From: Thermoplasmatota archaeon
GTDB lineage: Archaea > Thermoplasmatota > Penumbrarchaeia > Penumbrarchaeales > Penumbrarchaeaceae
Assembly: GCA_046483845.1 (NCBI GenBank)
Contig: JAWOCK010000038.1
Coordinates: 355 to 64,354, forward strand
Length of the DNA: 64,000 nt
Direction: 5' to 3'
In this document: positions 18,846 to 28,492 of the stretch, piece after piece
Layout: each line of letters starts with the position of its first letter
Numbering within the stretch: position 1 is the first letter of the stretch
Made by a program: the position numbers and the translations under genes
Notes under the pieces: model-generated
Told to the model about the DNA's origin: nothing
Seen by the model: the letters and a program-made list of their open reading frames with translations, nothing else
The model's database searches: none

Positions 18846-19832
18846 ATGAAGGGGCCGGAAGAAGACGATAAGTTGGAATTACTGGGATCCATTGACACCA
18901 ACCCTAGCTATGGCCATTACCCGGATGCAAGGCCGTTGGAGCTTCTTCTGGACACAGGCATGATAGTGCTGGACAAACCCAACGGCCCCACAAGTCACCA
19001 GGTGGTATCCTGGATCAAGAATATCCTGGAAATTGAAAAGGCGGGACACCACGGAACGCTGGACCCCAACACCACCGGCGTCCTTCCTGTGGCACTGGGG
19101 AAAGCAGTAAGAATGCTGGACCTCACCCTGGAGGAGGGAAAGGAATACGCCGCTTTGATGCATCTCCACAGAAAGGTTCCCAAGGAGAACCTCCAGGCTG
19201 TCCTATCCGATTTCACCGGCAGGATCTATCAGATGGTCCCCGTGAGGTCCGCGGTAAAGCGCAGGCTAAGGGAGAGGACCATCGAGTACATGAAGGTCCT
19301 GGACCGGAAGGAGAACGACGTCCTTCTGCTCATCGGGTGTGAATCGGGGACATATATCAGAACGCTCATCCACGATATGGGCGAGGTGCTGGGAGTCGGG
19401 GCCAACATGATAGAGCTGAGAAGGACCAGGTCAGGCAGCCTGGAGCACAACGAATGTGTTACCCTTCAGCAGGTGAAGGATGCATGGGTCCATTACCAGG
19501 AGACCGGCTCGGAGGACTTGTTGAGGAAGGTGATCATACCTTCGGAGAACCTGCTCAGGAGGATACCTAAGATATACGTCAAGGACTCCACGGTGGATGC
19601 GGTATGTCACGGGGCGCCTCTGGGGAAGCCGGGCATCTCTGCGGTGGACAGAACCATTTGCAAAGGATGCACCGTTGCGGTGCTCAGCCTCAAAGGAGAA
19701 GCGGTTGCTGTTGGCAAGGCCATGATGGACTTCAAGGAGATGATCTCCGGGGGGAGGGGTATGTCGGTGAAGGTGGACCGGGTCATCATGGAGCCGGGAA
19801 CATATCCAAGAGCATGGAAGAAGAGATCATAG
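18846..19832 (+). CDS. cbf5: H/ACA-guided / tRNA pseudouridine synthase Cbf5
   Basis: LDKPNGPTSHQV, GHHGTLDP, VRSAVKRRLRER, CESGTYIR, C-terminal PUA domain, YPRAWK. Confidence 0.95.
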   Translation: MKGPEEDDKLELLGSIDTNPSYGHYPDARPLELLLDTGMIVLDKPNGPTSHQVVSWIKNILEIEKAGHHGTLDPNTTGVLPVALGKAVRMLDLTLEEGKEYAALMHLHRKVPKENLQAVLSDFTGRIYQMVPVRSAVKRRLRERTIEYMKVLDRKENDVLLLIGCESGTYIRTLIHDMGEVLGVGANMIELRRTRSGSLEHNECVTLQQVKDAWVHYQETGSEDLLRKVIIPSENLLRRIPKIYVKDSTVDAVCHGAPLGKPGISAVDRTICKGCTVAVLSLKGEAVAVGKAMMDFKEMISGGRGMSVKVDRVIMEPGTYPRAWKKRS

Positions 19833-20011
19833 GATCCCTGTATCATTTTCACACCGGTCAGGCAAATTTTAAATATAGGTGTCATCTTAGTTTCATTCAC
19901 CTTTTATATGCCAGGAACGATGAGGTACATGAGGCATGCGATCCGGGAACCGGATAAGGTAATATACCGGTCCTGCGTTTCACGGCCATATCAAAAAAGA
20001 GGTGGAACCAA

Positions 20012-20944
20012 ATGATCTGGAAAACCAAGGCCGCCAGGGCGTCGACCTTCATGATGATGATCCTCGTACTGGGGAGTATGTTCGTCTTCATCCCCAAGGA
20101 GGATGAAGAGGTCGAGGCCGTTGGCGCTCCAGCGATCACGATACAGCTTGCACAGCCAAAACAGACAGCATATGTGGCTCCGGGACAGGACGGAATAGTG
20201 ACCTTCTCGGGAACCGTCTTTGCCCAGATACCCTATTCACCCAACGTCCAGTATCTGGTTATCCACCTGCAGGCAGATGCCGGCGGATGGGCGGTTTCGG
20301 TGCCACCGGCACTCACCTTCTCCAAGGCCCAGAAACAGCAGTCCTTCACCCTTTCGGTCCAGGTACCCATCGAGACATCACAGTCCACCACGGGACAGCT
20401 TTCAGTGTCCGGAAGATGGAGCTACAGCCCGGGTCTGGGCGGTGGGACCATACCCGCTGCAACGGCCATCATATTCGTCAAACAGTATTACCAGTTCTCC
20501 ATCGGATGCGAGAAGCCTTACGTGGAGGTCAACCCGGGACAGTCACTGGGTTTCAAGCTCAGATTGATCAACGAGGGAAATGCCAACGACAGGCTAAGGG
20601 TTGAGATACTCAACCTGGACAAGCTGGCGGACAAGGGCTGGACGATACAGCTCTCCCAGGACAAGTTCGCTGTTCTGGAGAAACAGGAGCAGGTACTGAC
20701 CGTTTCCGTTACCACTCCGGTGGAATGGAACATCTGGAAGAACTCCGTTACCACCATCAGGATCAGGATAGTCTCGGCACAGGCAGAGGGTCTGGGAGAG
20801 GTATCCGACATAGCGGACTATTCTCTCTATGTCAGGGAAAGAGGTTTCTCCGTCCCGGGATTCGAACCGGCCTTTGCCATAATTGCACTGGCAATGATGT
20901 CGGTGCTCTTCGTCGGGATAGCAAAGAGGAAGAGGTCTCGTTAG
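20012..20944 (+). CDS. Secreted Ig-like surface protein with PGF-CTERM sorting signal
   Basis: Signal peptide; beta-rich body with NEGNAND; C-terminal VPGFE + TM helix + KRKRSR. Confidence 0.8.
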   Translation: MIWKTKAARASTFMMMILVLGSMFVFIPKEDEEVEAVGAPAITIQLAQPKQTAYVAPGQDGIVTFSGTVFAQIPYSPNVQYLVIHLQADAGGWAVSVPPALTFSKAQKQQSFTLSVQVPIETSQSTTGQLSVSGRWSYSPGLGGGTIPAATAIIFVKQYYQFSIGCEKPYVEVNPGQSLGFKLRLINEGNANDRLRVEILNLDKLADKGWTIQLSQDKFAVLEKQEQVLTVSVTTPVEWNIWKNSVTTIRIRIVSAQAEGLGEVSDIADYSLYVRERGFSVPGFEPAFAIIALAMMSVLFVGIAKRKRSR

Positions 20945-21021
20945 ACCTTTTCCTTTTTTCCTTATTTTTGATTCCTTGAAGATGAATAACAAATAATGCT
21001 ATGTACAAAAGGGGTGCACCG

Positions 21022-22143
21022 ATGGGGACGAGCCAAGAGATGCTGGGACGGCTTCCCGGTCAGCTGAGAAAAGCGGCCGGGATCGCCATTGGAGATGTTC
21101 TGAAGGTAAAGCAGGGAGAGAGGGTCCTGATAATAACAAATCCTCCCAGGGAAGTCGCCATGATAAGCAAGGCGCTCTATGATTCGGCGCTGGAAAGGGG
21201 GGCGGAGCCCGCACTGATGGTCCAACCGGTGAGATCACAGCTGGACATGGCAGGCGAGGAGGTCCTCGGAGCGCTGAGGACCGACCCGGACGTGGTGATA
21301 TCCATTTCCAGGGAGAAACTGGGAAAGGACCGTCATGCCATCAAGGATCCCATCAGGGTGGAAAAGGAGACCTACGACCATTATTTCAACTATCTCTTGG
21401 GAGAGGACAGGATCAGGAGCTTCTGGTCGCCCTCGGTCAACCTGGATATCTTCCAGAGGACCGTTCCAATAGACTACGAAGCTCTCGGAGATGACTGTTT
21501 TAGGATAAAGAACATCCTGGACAGGGGAGATAATGTCCATATACATGCACCGGGAGGAACAGATATCGACATAGGGATAAGGGGAAGATCGGCCATGTCC
21601 GATGACGGGGACCTCTCGAAACCAGGCTCCGGAGGCAACCTGCCGGCCGGAGAGAGCTTCATATCTCCGGAGCTCAAAGCTTCCCGGGGGAGGATCGTCT
21701 TCGACGGCTCAATAGCATCGGACAGGGGCATTATAATCATCGAGGACCCCATAGAATGCGAGGTCGAGGGAGGCCTTGTCACCAGGATCGAGGGCGGGGA
21801 TGAAGCAAAGGAGCTGAGCGACACCATCTCGAGGGCCCTGGAGACCACCGCAAGGTTCGTGGAGGATGGGAAGCTCCCGGAGGATGAACTGGACCATTAC
21901 ATCACCAACGCACGGAACCTGGGGGAGCTGGGCATCGGTCTGAACCACAACGCCAGGATAGTGGGCAACATGCTGGAGGACGAGAAGGTTTACGGGACAT
22001 GCCATATAGCGATCGGGGCCAACTATGACAACGATGCCAGGGCATTGATACATCTGGACGGTCTGATAAAGACCCCCACCATAATCGTCTCGGGTACAGC
22101 CTTCCAGGAGACAGTGATGCGGGATGGAAAGCTCTTGATCTGA
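21022..22143 (+). CDS. Aminopeptidase (peptidase M29/AmpS-like)
   Basis: GGTD, GNLPAGE, GELGIGLN, LEDEKVYGTCHIAIG, IHLDG. Confidence 0.88.
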   Translation: MGTSQEMLGRLPGQLRKAAGIAIGDVLKVKQGERVLIITNPPREVAMISKALYDSALERGAEPALMVQPVRSQLDMAGEEVLGALRTDPDVVISISREKLGKDRHAIKDPIRVEKETYDHYFNYLLGEDRIRSFWSPSVNLDIFQRTVPIDYEALGDDCFRIKNILDRGDNVHIHAPGGTDIDIGIRGRSAMSDDGDLSKPGSGGNLPAGESFISPELKASRGRIVFDGSIASDRGIIIIEDPIECEVEGGLVTRIEGGDEAKELSDTISRALETTARFVEDGKLPEDELDHYITNARNLGELGIGLNHNARIVGNMLEDEKVYGTCHIAIGANYDNDARALIHLDGLIKTPTIIVSGTAFQETVMRDGKLLI

Positions 22144-22217
22144 CAGCTTGGGGCTTCCGTTTTTCATAATAAGTTATAATTACCCTTTCTCCCTACGCCG
22201 ATCGGAAGGAATGACCC

Positions 22218-23489
22218 ATGTCATCCACCGAGGACAAGGAAACCAGCGTATCCGAGATGCCAAGAGACAAGGACATCGATCTCAACGCCGAGTTAGAATC
22301 CCTCAGGGAAGAGATCAAGATACTCAAGGGCCAGCTCAGGTCCAACGAGTACACCACCAATCTGGAGAGGGAGGCCTATAAAAGGGAACTTTCCGGTGCC
22401 TACGATGAGGTCAACATGCTCAGGAGGGAGCGGAACCTCCTCAAAAAGCAGATGGAAGAGATAATGAAACCGCCCATGCTGGTGGGCGAGGTCCTTGAGG
22501 TAATGGACAGCGGAGAGATCATAGTGAAGAACGGGACCGGGCAGACCTTCATCACCACGAGGTCCAACGATATCACCACAGAGAACCTGGAGCTCGGTTC
22601 CAGGGTGGGACTGGACCGGAACAACCTGGTTGTCATGAGGACCCTGACCAAGGGCAAGGACCCAATAATCATGGGGTCCGAGCTGATAGAGAGACCGGAT
22701 GTTGACTACTCCATGATCGGCGGTCTTGACGGACCCATCGAGGAGGTCAGGGAGACAGTGGAGCTGCCCCTCACGAATCCCAGGGTATTCAGGAAGATCG
22801 GTATCAAGCCCCCCAGCGGAGTCCTTCTGGAGGGGCCTCCGGGGACAGGCAAGACATTGCTGGCAAAGGCCGTGGCAAACTCTGCCCAGTGTACATTCAT
22901 CCGGATAGTCGCATCCGAGCTGGTCCAGAAGTTCATCGGTGAAGGAGGGAGACTTGTCAGGGAGCTTTTCCAGATGGCCCGGGAGAAGAAACCATGCATC
23001 ATATTCATCGACGAACTGGACGCCATCGGTGCCAAGAGGCTCGGCATGGACACCACCGGCGACAGGGAGGTCCAGAGGACACTCATGCAGCTTCTGGCAG
23101 AGATGGACGGTTTCCAACCCCTGGATGAGATCGGGATAATCGCCGCCACCAACAGGAAGGATATCATCGACGAGGCGCTGCTCAGACCGGGCAGGTTCGA
23201 CAGGATCATCAAGGTACCCATGCCGGACAAGGAGGGAAGGGAGAAGATACTCGGCATCCATACCAAAGACATGAAGCTGGCAAAGGGTGTCGACCTCGGC
23301 AGGATCGCGGACCGTACCGAGGACATGACCGGTGCAGATCTCCGGAACCTCTGCACCGAGGCGGGCATGTTCGCAATTAGAAGAAAACATGCTTCGGTGA
23401 GGAATGAGGACATGGAGGATGCGCTTCAGAAGATAAATGAGAGAATGGAGGAGCAGGAAAGGAACGCTCCCAGCCAGATGTTCACCTGA
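22218..23489 (+). CDS. pan: Proteasome-activating nucleotidase
   Basis: N-terminal coiled coil, PP + OB domain, GPPGTGKT, SELVQKFIGEG, IFIDELD, LLRPGRFDR, C-terminal MFT (HbYX-like). Confidence 0.95.
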   Translation: MSSTEDKETSVSEMPRDKDIDLNAELESLREEIKILKGQLRSNEYTTNLEREAYKRELSGAYDEVNMLRRERNLLKKQMEEIMKPPMLVGEVLEVMDSGEIIVKNGTGQTFITTRSNDITTENLELGSRVGLDRNNLVVMRTLTKGKDPIIMGSELIERPDVDYSMIGGLDGPIEEVRETVELPLTNPRVFRKIGIKPPSGVLLEGPPGTGKTLLAKAVANSAQCTFIRIVASELVQKFIGEGGRLVRELFQMAREKKPCIIFIDELDAIGAKRLGMDTTGDREVQRTLMQLLAEMDGFQPLDEIGIIAATNRKDIIDEALLRPGRFDRIIKVPMPDKEGREKILGIHTKDMKLAKGVDLGRIADRTEDMTGADLRNLCTEAGMFAIRRKHASVRNEDMEDALQKINERMEEQERNAPSQMFT

Positions 23490-23492
23490 TCA

Positions 23493-26096
23493 TCACGGAG
23501 CTCGCCGCTCGAATTTCCTGGCCTCTTTCTTCATGCCCTTGTTCTTCAGTATGTCCACGATCTCCCGGATGTACTTTTTGGTGTAGAAGGGAAGGTTCAT
23601 CTTCTCCATGATATCTATGCATCTCTTCATTGCCTTGAGGGCTCTCTTCTCGTCATCAAGCTGCAGATAGTACCTTCCGTAATCCAGATTGATCAAAGCT
23701 ATCTTGAACTGCTCCCCGAGGGTCGAAAATATCTGAAGGGCCTCGTCAAGATAGTCCCTTGCGATGTCGCACTCCTTGTTCCTGATGTAGACATGGGCAG
23801 CCCCGGCAAGGGCATAACCTTTCTGCCTCAGGTCCCCTGCATCCGCTGCAAGCTCAATGGAGTCCTCGAAATTGACTATTGCCTCCTCGAGATCACCCAT
23901 GGAAGAGAGGACCGTCCCGATATTCACCTTGACCCTGGCCATCTCCAGGGCATTGTCCTCCTCCTCCAGGAACATGATGGCCTTGTTGAATTCCTCAATG
24001 GATCTTTCAAGTTTGTCCTGGTTGGTATAGATAATACCCAGACTGGTATGGCTCGAGGCGATAAGCGAGGAGTTCTCGAGCTCCCGGGCGATCTGGAGGG
24101 ATTCCTTCAAATGCTTCTCCGCCTGATCGAACTCGCCCCTGGTGGAATAGAGCTCCCCCAGGGCCTGCAGTGACCTTGCCACCTGTTCCTTGTTGTCAAG
24201 TTTACGGGCGATCCTCAGGGCACGTTTCAATCTCTTTTCAGCGGTCTCCTTGTTGCCCCTCCTGTTCTCTATGGACCCGAGCTTCAGGTTCGCCCTGGCG
24301 CTCACGAGCTCGCGCCCCTGGGCCTCCGCCATGGCCGCGGCCCTCTTCAGGTCGGAGGAAGCCTTGTCCCACCGGCCCATGATCATCTGGACCTCCCCTT
24401 TCAGCAGCCTTCTCATGGCATCGTACTCCTGGGTCTCCTCCGTTATCTCCTTCTCCAGGAGGGTGAGGACCGAGGAGAACTGCTCCACGTAACCCTTGGT
24501 CATTATCCTCTCTCCGTAGGCGGATGCCAGTTTCATGGCCTTTATGACCTGGCCTCCCATCGCCATGTGGTACATCGCCTCCACGGTGGCCCTGTCGGTT
24601 CCGACCTCCATATAGAAATTGGCTGCCTTCGAATGGTATTCTTTCTTCTGCCCGGGGGTCAATCTGTTGTAGAAGAACTCCTTTATGAGGTCGTGCGCCT
24701 CGTACTCGTCGTAGGACGTCTCCATTATGAGGTTAGCATCTATCAGGCGGTCCAGTATGGTGAAGTCCAATCCCTCCTCCGTGAAGAAGGCCTCCGAAGG
24801 GGCAGGGTACCTGTAGACGGAGGCGATCTGCAGCAGCAGGGAGTCCTTCTTGTCCAGCTTCTTGAATATCTCCTCGTAGATGTACCTCTTGATATCCTTC
24901 TGGTCCTCCAGGTCCTCCGTCGACAGGATCAGCTGGAGAAAGAGGGGGTGGCCCTTGGTGATGGAATATACCCTGGAAAAGATGTCATCGTCCATATCCT
25001 CTATATTGAGCAGGCCCCTGCAGCTCTCCTTGTCCAGACCCTCCAGGGTCAGCTCCCTGACCACCTTCTTGAGCAGTACGTCAGATCGATCGTAGAAGGG
25101 GAACACCTGCCTTCCCACCACCAATATCTTCAGTCCGGACATGGAAGGCAGCATCTCCTTTAGATTGGAGAAAAAGTCCACGATCTCATCCTCGGCCCTC
25201 TGGAAATCGTCGAATACCATGAAGGCCTTTGCATCCTTGAAGCTGTTCTCGATCAGTGAATAGAACTCCTTCTTTTCCAGACGGGTGTTGTTATCGAGAT
25301 ATGTCCTGAGGCCAGACCTTCCCATCTGTTCCAAAAACCTTGCGATGGAGAAGAGGACGTTCCTCAGCGAATCCCACCTGTGGAACCGGTACCAGAAGAG
25401 GTGCATCCTGCCCTGGTTCTCCATTATTACCTTCGCTGCGAGCGTGGTCTTCCCTATTCCGGCAATCCCGGTTATGGACATTATCGAGGACCCTTCCTCA
25501 TCAAGCCAATCCCTTATCTGTGAAAGCTCCTGCTCCCTGCCGTAGAACCTCTTGGGAAGCGGAACATCCTGCAGTAAGGAGACGAACCCTTCGGGATTCA
25601 CGTCCTTGGGCCTCTCGAGCTCCCCGGAGAGATAACGCCTTATGGCCTTCTCCTTGAGCAGGTTCTCCTTTCCTACCATGTGGTATAATTCAATGAGGGG
25701 TATGGAGGTGTTCAGGTATGAAGGTACGTCCTTGAGGTATACTCTCTTCAGACTGCCGTCGGAGAGCTCAAGGTAGACCTTGTGTAAGGCCACTGAATCC
25801 CTCACATTCTTGGCGAACTCCATACCTCTCTCGGTCAGGAAGTATGCCTTTCTCTTCCTTGGCAAACCCTTTATTCTCTTCAGTACCTCATATACGAAAT
25901 CCTCTCCCTTCAGCTTCTTCATGGTCCTTGGAATGTTGTCCCGCCGGACCGATACAGCCTCCGCTATGCCGTCCTGCACGACCTCCTTGGGGACCTCGAA
26001 GTCCATTTCCGAGTGCTTCTGCTCGAAGAGGTGTAGAAGTATCCTCTTGTCAACCGTGAGCTTCGGCAGCTCCTGCTCATCTCCGGGAATCTCCAT
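23493..26096 (-). CDS. wHTH-STAND (NB-ARC-like) ATPase-TPR protein
   Basis: N-terminal wHTH (QDGIAEAV...RKAYFLTERG); FYGREQE, GIAGIGKT, VFDDFQ, TKGHPLFL; many TPR repeats. Confidence 0.85.
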   Translation of the reverse strand: MEIPGDEQELPKLTVDKRILLHLFEQKHSEMDFEVPKEVVQDGIAEAVSVRRDNIPRTMKKLKGEDFVYEVLKRIKGLPRKRKAYFLTERGMEFAKNVRDSVALHKVYLELSDGSLKRVYLKDVPSYLNTSIPLIELYHMVGKENLLKEKAIRRYLSGELERPKDVNPEGFVSLLQDVPLPKRFYGREQELSQIRDWLDEEGSSIMSITGIAGIGKTTLAAKVIMENQGRMHLFWYRFHRWDSLRNVLFSIARFLEQMGRSGLRTYLDNNTRLEKKEFYSLIENSFKDAKAFMVFDDFQRAEDEIVDFFSNLKEMLPSMSGLKILVVGRQVFPFYDRSDVLLKKVVRELTLEGLDKESCRGLLNIEDMDDDIFSRVYSITKGHPLFLQLILSTEDLEDQKDIKRYIYEEIFKKLDKKDSLLLQIASVYRYPAPSEAFFTEEGLDFTILDRLIDANLIMETSYDEYEAHDLIKEFFYNRLTPGQKKEYHSKAANFYMEVGTDRATVEAMYHMAMGGQVIKAMKLASAYGERIMTKGYVEQFSSVLTLLEKEITEETQEYDAMRRLLKGEVQMIMGRWDKASSDLKRAAAMAEAQGRELVSARANLKLGSIENRRGNKETAEKRLKRALRIARKLDNKEQVARSLQALGELYSTRGEFDQAEKHLKESLQIARELENSSLIASSHTSLGIIYTNQDKLERSIEEFNKAIMFLEEEDNALEMARVKVNIGTVLSSMGDLEEAIVNFEDSIELAADAGDLRQKGYALAGAAHVYIRNKECDIARDYLDEALQIFSTLGEQFKIALINLDYGRYYLQLDDEKRALKAMKRCIDIMEKMNLPFYTKKYIREIVDILKNKGMKKEARKFERRAP

Positions 26097-26755
26097 CAGA
26101 CCACCACCGTTCCAAGGACCTCCTGCAGCTGGTTCCTGGTCCTCTGTTTCACCGCTTTGTATGCCACAGGGACCAGTACCGACATCCCGTCCTTCATGCA
26201 GAGCTCCTTTACCATGTTCAGGAACCTGATGCTCCTCTCCGGACCGTTTGCGGAGATGACCATCTCGAAATCCTCGAAGACAACTATGTCGGACCCTTCC
26301 CTGCTGGACCCTGCCGTTTTCACCTCGTCAAGGACCCCGGAGAGGTTCGTGGGATTGATCACGGATACCCCCCGCTGCGGTTCATGGGCCGTGGACCTGT
26401 CCAGATAGATCATCCTTTCCAGTCCGGGATAGGCTTTTCTGATGGTATCCGGGGTCCGCGAAGAGACGACCATCACGTTCTTTCCATTTTTCATCTCACG
26501 CTTAACGGGGACCCTCCATGGTCTTCCTTTGTTGGTGTACATCACCACAAGGAGGTCCGAAGCGGGTATTATCGGGTCAATGTTCTTCTTCTCCTTGCTC
26601 TTCGTGTTGGCGGCTTCCCTCTCGCCGATTGTCCTGGAAAGGTCCTCGATATCCGCAACTTTCTTTCTGTGGGAATTGATCCGGTAAATGGTCCAGGCCA
26701 TGATGATAACAAGGCCCAAAGCGGAAAAGATCAGTATCATGGTTGCCGGTTCCAA
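26096..26755 (-). CDS. Membrane-anchored DUF835-like protein
   Basis: N-terminal TM; VSSRTPD, INPTNL, VVFEDFEMVISANG, FLNMVKE pattern; stop overlaps the next start. Confidence 0.7.
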   Translation of the reverse strand: MEPATMILIFSALGLVIIMAWTIYRINSHRKKVADIEDLSRTIGEREAANTKSKEKKNIDPIIPASDLLVVMYTNKGRPWRVPVKREMKNGKNVMVVSSRTPDTIRKAYPGLERMIYLDRSTAHEPQRGVSVINPTNLSGVLDEVKTAGSSREGSDIVVFEDFEMVISANGPERSIRFLNMVKELCMKDGMSVLVPVAYKAVKQRTRNQLQEVLGTVVV

Positions 26756-26895
26756 TTCGACCGCTCCTTCTTGGGGATTAACAATCTATCCATATATTTA
26801 AAATTCCTCTGAAGTGTTCTTCGGACCACACCAAACATTAAATACGAACATGACTTCAAACGACCCTTGCCAACGCCTGGACAAGGTGCCCTGAA

Positions 26896-28023
26896 ATGAA
26901 GGATAACAAACCCAAGGTGCTAGTAGGGTCCCCGGTCTACCTTCCCAGACAGGGGGGCGCATCCACCTATTTCTCCAACCTGATGAACAGGCTGAAGGAC
27001 AGGGTGGATTTCATCGTCTACACCTGCCGTGACCCCAATGCTCCGGTGAAGGAGGAAGAGGACGGTATCAGGATACTCAGAATGCAGCCTTTCCTTCTGG
27101 ACCATCCCAAACCGTTGAGATACCTCGTTCTACCCCCGGTTACCCTCTTCCAGCTCTTCGGGTTGAGGATGAAGCACGGAAAGTTCATCATCCACGCGCA
27201 TGCCTGCGGTGCCTACGGTTACATCATCTCCTTCTTCTCCAGGATGGTCGGACAGGAGATGATCAAGGAGGTGCAGGACATGTCCGATCCCGCCTACAAT
27301 ATCAAGATGGGGGCGGTGACCAGGTACGTATCCACGGGTACCTCCATCCGGGACCAGCTCATATCCTTCGGTGTGGACCCGGACAAGATAATCACCTATC
27401 CCTCCCTGAACCCGGAGATACCCGAGGAGGTCAAAAAGGACATCAGGGTCAAACCGCACCAGCACGACGGGAACATAGAGCTGATCTGCATAAGCGCCCT
27501 GAGGCCATACAAAGGGGTTGATCATCTTCTCAGATCGATGAGGATCGTCCAGGAGAGGGATCCCTCCATCAAGCTCACCATAGTCGGGGAGGGTGGCATG
27601 AGGAAGGAGCTGGAGGAATACATGGAAAAGAACGACCTGAGGAACGTTGAACTGCGCGGGTTCGTGGAAGACTACCACGACGTGTTGAGGATGATGGCAG
27701 GTAGCGACATACTTGTGCTCTCCTCGGCATCCGACGAGGGCAACCCGAGGGTGATCCTGGAATCCTTCCAGTTCGAGAGACCGGTGATAGTCACCGCTGC
27801 GGGGGGAACGCCGGAGCTCATAGAGGACGGGAAGAACGGGCTTCTTCTCCCGCCGAGAGAGCCCGAACCTTTCGCGGAGGCCATATTGAAGCTGGCCCAC
27901 GATGGAAAACTCAGAAAGAAGCTTGGAAAGGCAGGAAAGAGATTTCTCGAGAAACTGCCCACCTGGGACGATCTGGCCGATGAGATATACGAGGTCTACA
28001 GGGACATATGGGACCGGATGTGA
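26896..28023 (+). CDS. Glycosyltransferase family 4
   Basis: YLPRQGGA, KGVDHLL, EGNPRVILES (EX7E), GGTPELIEDGKNG. Confidence 0.92.
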   Translation: MKDNKPKVLVGSPVYLPRQGGASTYFSNLMNRLKDRVDFIVYTCRDPNAPVKEEEDGIRILRMQPFLLDHPKPLRYLVLPPVTLFQLFGLRMKHGKFIIHAHACGAYGYIISFFSRMVGQEMIKEVQDMSDPAYNIKMGAVTRYVSTGTSIRDQLISFGVDPDKIITYPSLNPEIPEEVKKDIRVKPHQHDGNIELICISALRPYKGVDHLLRSMRIVQERDPSIKLTIVGEGGMRKELEEYMEKNDLRNVELRGFVEDYHDVLRMMAGSDILVLSSASDEGNPRVILESFQFERPVIVTAAGGTPELIEDGKNGLLLPPREPEPFAEAILKLAHDGKLRKKLGKAGKRFLEKLPTWDDLADEIYEVYRDIWDRM

Positions 28024-28024
28024 A

Positions 28025-28390
28025 TCACAGCCTTTCCAGTACGCCCTCCCCGGCTGCCCTGAACGCCCTGGAGACTCCACCTACACCCAGTTTCCTTCCG
28101 CCGAATATCCTGGATACCATCAGAACGTGGGACTCCAGGGACTCCCTCTGAAGCAGCTCCAACAGCACCTTTCCGGGATGACCCACCTCTCCATCATCCT
28201 TGTACCTCTCCCGGATATCCCCGTCCTTCCCCTTGAACCTCAGTGCGTAGCAGTGGTGGTTGGCCTTCTTGTAGTCCCTCCGGTGCTTCTTGAGTACATT
28301 CTCCAGTTCGTCAGGGGAGCTCAGTTCATAGACGTGTGCGAAGAAACGCGACCTGTTCTCCGTGAACCTGACCGCTCTCAGTTCCTTCAT
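28025..28390 (-). CDS. YigZ/IMPACT family protein (N-terminal domain only)
   Basis: RSRFFA, ANHHCYA, DDGE, VSRIFGGRKLGVGG. Confidence 0.88.
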   Translation of the reverse strand: MKELRAVRFTENRSRFFAHVYELSSPDELENVLKKHRRDYKKANHHCYALRFKGKDGDIRERYKDDGEVGHPGKVLLELLQRESLESHVLMVSRIFGGRKLGVGGVSRAFRAAGEGVLERL

Positions 28391-28492
28391 GATACCTCAA
28401 TGAAGAGCTCCTATTAAGGTCTCGGGGAACATTCTCCGACGAATAGGTTTATCCATGAAAAGATGATTAGGAGCCATCCGGAAGTGAACCAA

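Noticed and set aside
19833..20011. Possible guide sRNA downstream of cbf5 (hairpin ATCCGG-GAA-CCGGAT)
   Set aside because: No clear C/D boxes or H/ACA architecture; more simply the promoter and leader of the surface-protein gene.
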